NCBI GenBank assembly: GCA_963923035.1
Contig: CAWUKT010000003.1
Location: 58,518 to 122,517, forward strand
Direction of reading: 5' to 3'
Length of the DNA: 64,000 bases
Source: an uncultured bacterium
GTDB lineage: Bacteria; Bacteroidota; Bacteroidia; J057; JADKCL01
Made by a program: the position numbers and the translations under genes. This document shows, one piece after another, positions 54,381 to 64,000 of the stretch (positions within the stretch are counted from its first letter, which is position 1; each line of letters starts with the position of its first letter). A model generated the notes under the pieces. The model ran no database searches. It saw nothing but the letters and a program-made list of their open reading frames with translations, and was not told where the DNA came from.

Positions 54381-55670
54381 ATGACGGATACAGTATTTGA
54401 TTTGCTGGACCAAGAGCGCCAGCGTCAGCTCCGAGGCATTGAACTGATTGCTTCTGAGAACTTTACTTCTGAAAACGTGATGCAGGCCGTTGGATCGGTC
54501 CTGACCAATAAATATGCTGAGGGCTTGCCCGGAAAGCGGTATTACGGTGGTTGTGAGGTGGTCGATGAGGTGGAAAACATCGCCATTGACCGGGTGAAGC
54601 AGTTGTTCGGGGCGGAATGGGCGAATGTCCAGCCGCACTCGGGTGCCCAGGCCAATGCCGCCGTCATGCTGGCGGTGCTTCAACCCGGCGATACCATCCT
54701 CGGGTTTGACCTGTCCCACGGCGGTCACCTGACCCACGGCAGCTCGGTCAACTTCTCCGGCAAGTACTACCGCCCGACGTTCTACGGCGTGGACAAGGAA
54801 ACTGGCCGCCTGGACTACGATCAAATCCGTGACACCGCCAAGCGCGAGCAGCCCAAGATGATCATTTGTGGCGCCAGTGCTTACGCCCGCGACTGGGACT
54901 ATGTTACCTTCCGGGAGATTGCCGACGAAGTCGGCGCCGTCCTCCTAGCAGACATCTCGCATCCCTCGGGCCTCATTGCCAGCAAACTCCTCAACGATCC
55001 GTTGCCCCACTGCCATATTGTGACGACGACGACCCACAAGACCCTCCGCGGTCCGCGGGGTGGCCTCATTATGGTCGGCAAGAACAATGCGAATCCCATG
55101 GGCCTCACCACTCGCAAAGGCACCATCCGTAAGATTGGCAGCGTGCTCGATTCCGGCGTCTTCCCCGGTACCCAAGGGGGCCCGCTCATGCACGTCATCG
55201 CCGGCAAGGCCGTCGCTTTTGGAGAAGCCCTTCAGCCCAGCTTCACGGCCTACTCCGAGCAAGTCATCCGCAATGCCCAGGCCCTCGCCAACGACCTCCT
55301 CAAGCGGGGGTACCACCTGATTTCCGAAGGCACCGACAACCACCTGATGTTGATTGACCTTCGCAACAAAGGCCTGACCGGCAAGAAAGCCGAAGCCGCC
55401 CTTGTCGCCGCGGAAATCACCTGCAACAAAAATATGGTTCCGTTCGACACCGAAAGTCCGTTTGTGACCAGTGGTATCCGTTTGGGCACCGCCGCCGTTA
55501 CCACCCGGGGTTTTCAGGAGTCAGACATGCTGTTTGTCTCGGCGAAGATCGACGAGGTCCTGCAAGCGCCCGATGACGAGGCCGTCATCAACAAGGTCAA
55601 GGCGGAAATCAACGACAAAATGAAGGATTTCTCCCTGTTTGCCGAGACTGCGGAACCGGTCGCCGGTTAA
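54381..55670 (+). CDS. glyA: Serine hydroxymethyltransferase
   Basis: The start was placed at [28 protein letters not shown]. The PLP-lysine region reads [15 protein letters not shown]. Confidence 0.95.
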   Translation: MTDTVFDLLDQERQRQLRGIELIASENFTSENVMQAVGSVLTNKYAEGLPGKRYYGGCEVVDEVENIAIDRVKQLFGAEWANVQPHSGAQANAAVMLAVLQPGDTILGFDLSHGGHLTHGSSVNFSGKYYRPTFYGVDKETGRLDYDQIRDTAKREQPKMIICGASAYARDWDYVTFREIADEVGAVLLADISHPSGLIASKLLNDPLPHCHIVTTTTHKTLRGPRGGLIMVGKNNANPMGLTTRKGTIRKIGSVLDSGVFPGTQGGPLMHVIAGKAVAFGEALQPSFTAYSEQVIRNAQALANDLLKRGYHLISEGTDNHLMLIDLRNKGLTGKKAEAALVAAEITCNKNMVPFDTESPFVTSGIRLGTAAVTTRGFQESDMLFVSAKIDEVLQAPDDEAVINKVKAEINDKMKDFSLFAETAEPVAG

Positions 55671-55697
55671 TTTCTGCTCCTTATCATTCGAGTGCAC

Positions 55698-57188
55698 ATG
55701 AAAAAATTGCTGCTTTTCCTGGGACTGGTCCTGGGAACCCTGCTCCTCCCTGCCCAGAAGATTACCTCCGAAAAGGTATTCCCTGTGAGCTATCCGATCA
55801 TGACCGTCGGCTATCCGTCCAAGATGGTCCCGAATTCTGAGGGAGGGTTCATTTACCTCGAATACTGGCCCCAGGGCCAGGGGGGAAAGAAATTCGCCAA
55901 CTACTATCTCCAGAGCTACGACGCTTCTTACAAGGAGCAATGGTCCAAGCCTTTGACCAAGGAAGGCACCGCTCCGGTGAAATCTGTGATCGACATTGTG
56001 CGCTTTGACGAGAGCGTCGGGGTATTGGCCTACCAATATTCTCCCTCGGTCAAGCGCGACCAGGTCAAGATGCAGGTGTTCAGCCTGGATGGCCAACCGG
56101 TGGGCGGTTTGCAGGTCGTTTCCAGCTATACCAAGAAGGAAAAGAGCGGCTACGAGGATGTTTTTGCCCATTCCGAAAACCAAAGCAAGCTCCTCTGGCT
56201 CGGCCACAATCCGACGGCCGGGGCGAAGAAGCGTCAGTTTTTTTGCAGCGTATGGAGTGGACAGGGAAAAAAGGTCTGGGGCAAAAAGATGTTCCTCCCG
56301 CACGTTGAGGAGGAGAATTACCTCGTGAGCCAGGCCACGGTGGACAACCGTGGCAATGCGTATTTTCTGCTGACCTACGCAGAAATGACCAATACCGAGA
56401 AGGACACCGCCTTCCAACCCGTGGTGGTCCGCTACGACCACCGCGAAGGCAAATACACGGAACATCCCTTGCATTTCCCGAATGCCTCCGTCCAGGAAGG
56501 CCGCATCCACGTTACCGCCAAAGGCGACCTGGTATTCCTCGGCATCCTCTCGGATGGCAGCGGCAAAGGCTTTATGAACGGCGCCAAGCGCTTCGAGACA
56601 CCGCTGAGCTGGGACCAGATCGTGGTCCAGCGCTACGACGTCCAGCGCGAGCTTCGCCTGGAAGCAGAATATACCATGGACTTCCCCGAAGCCTGGGTGA
56701 CCCGCTACAAGGAGCGCGGCGCCAATTTCAGCAAGGGCGAGATCATCGAGTCCGGCGGCAAGTTGTACTGGATCCTCGAAGAATTCTATATGCAGGAACA
56801 CCGGGGCCAGCCGCAGCACCTCTACTACGACGTAGCGACGGTGGCCATCGATGTGGAATCGGGCAATGCGTTGTGGGCGACGGCATTCGAGAAGAAGCAA
56901 AGGGACTACAACAGCGGCCGGCTGTTGTCGTATGTGCGCGGGCTGTCCCGCGGCAAGCTCCACTTCGTGTACCTGAATGAGCGCGGCGCGCAAGGCAAGA
57001 TCGTCTGTACCAGCCTGTCATTGGCCGATGGTTCCAAAACCAAAGCCAACCTCGCCTCCAATGAGCGCGCGACCTATCTCTTCTTCCCCTCTCGCAGCAC
57101 CATGGTCGATGCCAACAAGATGATTCTCATGGGTGTAGGCAATCCGGTGGGGGACGATTACAAGCTGATCGAAGTCGGTTTTCAATAG
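55698..57188 (+). CDS. Secreted hypothetical protein
   Basis: Signal peptide MKKLLLFLGLVLGTLLLPAQ (ATG at 55698; the tracked ORF starts at a GTG 6 nt upstream). The body is beta-rich, with no recognised motif. Confidence 0.55.
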   Translation: MKKLLLFLGLVLGTLLLPAQKITSEKVFPVSYPIMTVGYPSKMVPNSEGGFIYLEYWPQGQGGKKFANYYLQSYDASYKEQWSKPLTKEGTAPVKSVIDIVRFDESVGVLAYQYSPSVKRDQVKMQVFSLDGQPVGGLQVVSSYTKKEKSGYEDVFAHSENQSKLLWLGHNPTAGAKKRQFFCSVWSGQGKKVWGKKMFLPHVEEENYLVSQATVDNRGNAYFLLTYAEMTNTEKDTAFQPVVVRYDHREGKYTEHPLHFPNASVQEGRIHVTAKGDLVFLGILSDGSGKGFMNGAKRFETPLSWDQIVVQRYDVQRELRLEAEYTMDFPEAWVTRYKERGANFSKGEIIESGGKLYWILEEFYMQEHRGQPQHLYYDVATVAIDVESGNALWATAFEKKQRDYNSGRLLSYVRGLSRGKLHFVYLNERGAQGKIVCTSLSLADGSKTKANLASNERATYLFFPSRSTMVDANKMILMGVGNPVGDDYKLIEVGFQ

Positions 57189-57248
57189 GCGTTTTTTGTG
57201 GGGCACTTTCTCTATCTTTGTGCCCTCTGAAACAATCTGATCCCAAAT

Positions 57249-58550
57249 ATGGGGATATTCTCCTGGCGCAAAAAAAAGAAGTTCGACGATGAAGTCGGAG
57301 AAATGTCCTTCCTGGACCATCTGGAAGAATTGCGGTGGCATATCTTCCGGAGTGTTGTCGCCATCGTCCTCTTTGGCATCGTTTTGTTTTCCTTCCGAAC
57401 CGAAGTCATTGGCGGCATCTTCATGTCGCCCTTCAAGAAAGACTTCATCACCTACCAATTCCTGTGTGAGCAATTCGGCCAGTTCTGCGAATCGGATATC
57501 CAGGTCGAATCCGTTCAGGTGATCGCCCCGGACAGCGTTTTGCTGAATACAGTGGCCATTGAGCAGGTCACTGTTCCGCAGTGGACCCTCGACACCATCT
57601 ATTTGGATACCCTGGGGAATATCCAGGTCGATTCAATCGCCGCACCCGCGGTGGTCAAGACGGTCCGCACCCCGCTCCAATTGAAAGTGGCGGTAGATGA
57701 GTTGGTGGGGGAAGGGCAAATGAAGGGCTTCTCGGTGGAAACCGATTCGGGCAGCGTGGTGAAATTCCAGGCAATCTCGCCCTACGAACAGTTCATGAAA
57801 TCGCTGTTCTACGCCTTCTTTGGCGGCCTGATATTCGCGTTTCCCTACGTCAGCTGGGAGCTTTGGAACTTCATCAAGCCCGCCCTCAGCCGAAAAGAAT
57901 CCCGCGCCATCCGTTGGAACGTCCTCAACTCCAGCCTCCTGTTTTTCTTCGGCATTGCCTTCGGTTATTTCGTCATTCTCCCCTTCTCCGTCCGCTTCCT
58001 CTCGAACTTTGTCCTCTTCGAAGAAGCCGCGAACATCTGGCGGATCGGCGATGTCGTGAATTTTGTCCTGCTCCTCCTCTTCGGCACCGGCTTCCTCTTC
58101 CAGTTGCCCGTCGTCGTCTTTTACCTCTCCAAAATTGGTCTGACCTCTCCCCGCGGCCTTCGGAAATATAGAAAACACGCCGTCGTTGCCTTGTTGGTGA
58201 TCGCTGCGATTGTGACGCCGCCCGATCCCATGAGCCAGATCCTGATTTTTGTGCCTCTGCTGACCCTCTACGAAGTGGGGATTGTGATCAGTGGCCGGGT
58301 AGAAAAGAAGCGGTTGAAAAAGGAAAAAGAGGAACGGGAGAAGGACGAGGAATACCGGAAAAAGAAAATTGAAGAGCTGAGGAAGCAAGCGGAGGCGGAA
58401 AAGGCAGCGGCAGAAAAGGAAAAAGCGGCCGAGGAGAAGGCAAAAGCAGCTGAGGCCGCAGAAGAGCCGGAAACCCAGGACGAAGAGGAAGATGAAGAGG
58501 ACGATGGGCCGGAACTGGGTCCTCCTCCGGGCACCTTCGCCCGGGAATAA
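57249..58550 (+). CDS. tatC: Twin-arginine translocase subunit TatC, with a large loop insertion and a charged C-terminal extension
   Basis: TatC N-terminal signature MSFLDHLEELRWHIFRSVVAIVLF. Later TatC helices are present (FIKPALSRKESRAI..., LLVIAAIVTPPDPMSQILIFVPL). At 433 aa it is longer than the roughly 250 aa typical of the family. Confidence 0.85.
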   Translation: MGIFSWRKKKKFDDEVGEMSFLDHLEELRWHIFRSVVAIVLFGIVLFSFRTEVIGGIFMSPFKKDFITYQFLCEQFGQFCESDIQVESVQVIAPDSVLLNTVAIEQVTVPQWTLDTIYLDTLGNIQVDSIAAPAVVKTVRTPLQLKVAVDELVGEGQMKGFSVETDSGSVVKFQAISPYEQFMKSLFYAFFGGLIFAFPYVSWELWNFIKPALSRKESRAIRWNVLNSSLLFFFGIAFGYFVILPFSVRFLSNFVLFEEAANIWRIGDVVNFVLLLLFGTGFLFQLPVVVFYLSKIGLTSPRGLRKYRKHAVVALLVIAAIVTPPDPMSQILIFVPLLTLYEVGIVISGRVEKKRLKKEKEEREKDEEYRKKKIEELRKQAEAEKAAAEKEKAAEEKAKAAEAAEEPETQDEEEDEEDDGPELGPPPGTFARE

Positions 58551-58611
58551 GGATATGATTTGAACCCTTCGGGAAAGACGTTTTCCTCTCGGATTTCGTA
58601 TATTTGATCAG

Positions 58612-59358
58612 ATGCAACAGTCGAATTTGGTACTCCGGGCCGAAAACCTGGTGAAAAAATACAAAGACCGTACGGTCGTCAACGAAGTCAATCTGGAAGT
58701 GGCTCAGGGGGAAATTGTGGGGTTGCTGGGCCCGAACGGAGCGGGGAAAACAACGACCTTCTACATGGTGGTCGGTCTGATCCGCCCCAATAGCGGGAAA
58801 GTTTGGCTCCAGAACAAGGAAATCACCCGGTATCCAATGTACAAACGCGGCCAGTTGGGCGTGGGCTATCTTGCCCAGGAGCCTTCTGTATTCCGCAAAC
58901 TTTCTGTCGAGGACAATATCATGGCGATTCTGGAAATGCGGGGCAATATGTCCCGCAAAGAGCGCCGCTTCAAAACCGATCAGCTCCTCGCCGAATTTTC
59001 GCTGATGCACGTTCGGAAGAACATTGGCAACCTGTTGTCGGGGGGTGAACGCCGCCGCACGGAGATTGCCCGGGCCCTCGCGACGGACCCGAAATTTATT
59101 TTGTTAGATGAGCCATTTGCCGGGGTAGACCCCATTGCCGTGGAAGAAATCCAGGGCATTGTGCGGAACCTCCAGGAAAAAAACATTGGCGTCCTGATCA
59201 CTGACCACAACGTCCACGAGACCCTCGACATCGTGGACCGGGCGTATCTGCTGGTCCAGGGCCAAATTTTTAAGTCGGGGACTGCCGTCGACCTTGCCGA
59301 CGACCCCATGGTACGGAAGGTGTACCTGGGCGAAAAATTTGCTTTGAATCGCGAATGA
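58612..59358 (+). CDS. lptB: LPS export ABC transporter ATP-binding protein LptB
   Basis: Walker [12 protein letters not shown]. The LptB-typical segment [18 protein letters not shown] is present. The signature reads [15 protein letters not shown] and Walker B reads [12 protein letters not shown]. Confidence 0.9.
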   Translation: MQQSNLVLRAENLVKKYKDRTVVNEVNLEVAQGEIVGLLGPNGAGKTTTFYMVVGLIRPNSGKVWLQNKEITRYPMYKRGQLGVGYLAQEPSVFRKLSVEDNIMAILEMRGNMSRKERRFKTDQLLAEFSLMHVRKNIGNLLSGGERRRTEIARALATDPKFILLDEPFAGVDPIAVEEIQGIVRNLQEKNIGVLITDHNVHETLDIVDRAYLLVQGQIFKSGTAVDLADDPMVRKVYLGEKFALNRE

Positions 59359-60884
59359 GTATCATCAATGCTGTCGCTTCCTGGTTCCTCAAGAAGCGGA
59401 TTTATCAAATCGAGATGTTCATGAAGCATCCGATGGAAACCCAAATGGAGGTATTTCATCGGATCGTACTTGCCGCCGAAGACACGGTCTGGGGCAAGCA
59501 ATACGGCTACGCCGATTTTGAGACCATTGCCGCTTTCCAACGCAATGTCCCAATCAATACCTACGAAGACCTCTATCCTTTCATCGAGCGGACGCTCGAA
59601 GGAGAAGCCAGCGTCCTTTGGCCGGGGGAAATCCGTTGGTTCTCCAAATCTTCCGGCACCACCAACGACAAGAGCAAGTTCATTCCCGTGTCGCGGGAAG
59701 CGCTGGACGATTGTCATTACAAAGGTGGCAAGGACATGCTTGCCATTTACCTCCACAACAATCCCGAAAGCCAGCTGTTTGCGGGCAAGGGGCTCCCGAT
59801 TGGAGGCAGCCACGAGATCAACCGCCTGAACGAGCATACCTATTACGGGGACCTCAGCGCGGTTTTGATTGAAAACACGCCGAATATTTACAACCTGTTT
59901 CGGGCAACGAGCAAAAAGGTGGCGCTGATGGGGGAATGGGAGGAGAAAATTGAGACGATGGCACGGCAATTGATCACGCAGAATGTCACCAGCATGGCGG
60001 GGGTGCCCACCTGGACCCTGGTGCTCCTGAACAAGATGTTCGAATTGGCCGAGACGGAAAGCCGTAACCTGGTCGATATTTGGCCCATGTTTGAGGTCTT
60101 CTTCCACGGTGGCGTGAGCTTTGTCCCCTACCGGAAGCAATTCGAAGCCATCATCCGCTCCGACAAGGTCACCTATTTCGAAACCTACAATGCCTCCGAA
60201 GGCTTCTTCGGCCTGCAAAACGAGCCCGACCGGGACGATATGCTCCTGATGCTCGACTACGGCATTTTCTACGAATTCATCCGGCTCGAAGACCTCGGGC
60301 AGGACCATCCCAAGGCCTATACCCTCGGGGAAGTGGAAGAAGGCGTGACCTATGCCATGGTCATCTCCACCAACGCCGGGCTCTGGCGCTACATGATCGG
60401 GGACACGGTTCGTTTTACCAGCCTGAATCCCTACAAACTCAAGATCGTCGGCCGGACCAAGCATTTTATCAACGCATTTGGAGAGGAATTGGTCATTGAA
60501 AATGCCGAATCTGCTCTCCAGGCTGCCAGTCAGGCCACCGGCGCCGTCATCAGCAATTATACCGCCGCTCCCATTTACTTCGGAGACGACAACAATGGCG
60601 CCCACGAATGGCTGATCGAATTCAAGCAGGCACCTTCCAGTCTGGATGCCTTTACCCAGGCCCTGGATGCTCACCTCAAGCAATTGAACTCAGACTACGA
60701 AGCCAAGCGCTACGAAGGCATGGTCCTCCGCCGGCCGGTGGTTCGGGCCCTGCCGAAGGGGAGCTTCTATGAGTGGATGAAAAAACGGGGTAAATTGGGG
60801 GGACAAAACAAGGTTCCGCGCCTGAGCAACCACCGGGAATATGTCGAGGCGATCCTGGCGCTGGTCTCCGTCGGGACCAACTGA
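59355..60884 (+). CDS. GH3 (auxin-responsive promoter) family acyl-acid amido-synthetase-like protein
   Basis: Bacteroidota GH3-family layout. The N-terminus reads [20 protein letters not shown]. The adenylation-type motif reads [17 protein letters not shown], followed by YNASEGFFG and later [11 protein letters not shown]. Confidence 0.85.
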   Translation: MSIINAVASWFLKKRIYQIEMFMKHPMETQMEVFHRIVLAAEDTVWGKQYGYADFETIAAFQRNVPINTYEDLYPFIERTLEGEASVLWPGEIRWFSKSSGTTNDKSKFIPVSREALDDCHYKGGKDMLAIYLHNNPESQLFAGKGLPIGGSHEINRLNEHTYYGDLSAVLIENTPNIYNLFRATSKKVALMGEWEEKIETMARQLITQNVTSMAGVPTWTLVLLNKMFELAETESRNLVDIWPMFEVFFHGGVSFVPYRKQFEAIIRSDKVTYFETYNASEGFFGLQNEPDRDDMLLMLDYGIFYEFIRLEDLGQDHPKAYTLGEVEEGVTYAMVISTNAGLWRYMIGDTVRFTSLNPYKLKIVGRTKHFINAFGEELVIENAESALQAASQATGAVISNYTAAPIYFGDDNNGAHEWLIEFKQAPSSLDAFTQALDAHLKQLNSDYEAKRYEGMVLRRPVVRALPKGSFYEWMKKRGKLGGQNKVPRLSNHREYVEAILALVSVGTN

Positions 60885-60906
60885 TCTGAACTTCACCTTT
60901 TCTGTC

Positions 60907-61206
60907 ATGTCAAAGTATGGACTCAGCGGTTACTTTACCGCTCAACCCGGCCAAGGGCAAGCCCTCGCCGCGATCTTGGTTGAGGCCTCTCAACTGATGC
61001 AAGCTGCTCCCGGCTGCCACCTCTATATGGTCGCCACCGACCAGGAAATTGCCGACCGCGTCTGGGTCATCGAGTCCTGGGACAGCCAGGAAGCGCACGA
61101 TGCCTCCCTGAAGATCGACGGTGTCGGAGAATTGATTGGCCGGGCCCGGCCCCTCCTGGCCGGACCGCCTGTCAGCTCCAAGCTGGATATTGCCGGAGGC
61201 ATCTGA
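60907..61206 (+). CDS. Antibiotic-biosynthesis-monooxygenase (ABM) domain protein
   Basis: The start was placed at MSKYGLSGYFTAQPG. The ferredoxin-like ABM pattern is present (CHLYMVATDQEIADRVWVIESWDSQEAHDASL). About 99 aa. Confidence 0.65.
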   Translation: MSKYGLSGYFTAQPGQGQALAAILVEASQLMQAAPGCHLYMVATDQEIADRVWVIESWDSQEAHDASLKIDGVGELIGRARPLLAGPPVSSKLDIAGGI

Positions 61207-61400
61207 GACTTTCCCCAAACGGAAAAATTTCATGGGTCATTTCTCCTCATTCATCGAAATGTTGATCGATTTAGGAGGGCTATGTGTTTACTTAACACCA
61301 ATCAACCACCTAAGCGGCTTGATACTCAAGCCACCTACCCTTTGTTTTTTAGACAGCCCGTCCGGCGCACCAAGTGCAGCGCCCGGTCAGGCTATTTTTC

Positions 61401-64000
<2,600 letters not shown>

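Overview
This 64-kb window looks like a Bacteroidota chromosome. Supporting signs are type-A and type-B T9SS C-terminal sorting domains, an SprB repeat, a GldE-like gene and TAnnTTTG-type -7 boxes. GC appears moderately high by eye, and many long mirror ORFs lie antisense to real genes. Two housekeeping flanks bracket an accessory stretch of about 23 kb (about 15.8-39.2 kb) with lower or mixed GC. The left flank (1-15.8 kb) carries a sensor kinase, hemA, ribE, a GldE-like/LptC-like operon, a gamma-CA-like gene, a nucleotide-sugar dehydrogenase and phoD. The right flank (39.2-64 kb) carries yhhQ-like, rnz, recF, a DASS transporter, carB, GT4, glyA, tatC, lptB, GH3 and uvrA. The accessory stretch holds four things. 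(a) A cell-wall amidase-like gene tightly coupled to a lipoprotein gene. (b) A giant type-B T9SS adhesin. (c) An integrase, Xis-like and Rep-like module that is unusually rich in iterated cis motifs. (d) The most interesting item: a translationally coupled cassette of a circularly permuted ATP-grasp, a GshB/RimK-like ATP-grasp and an AstE/AspA-type zinc deacylase, flanked by a VOC protein and a possible GNAT-fold protein. I read (d) as an uncharacterised amidoligase (small peptide or N-acyl-amino-acid) system carried on a mobile island. No tRNA, rRNA or CRISPR array was recognised. All functional calls rest on motif recognition by eye, because no database search was possible.
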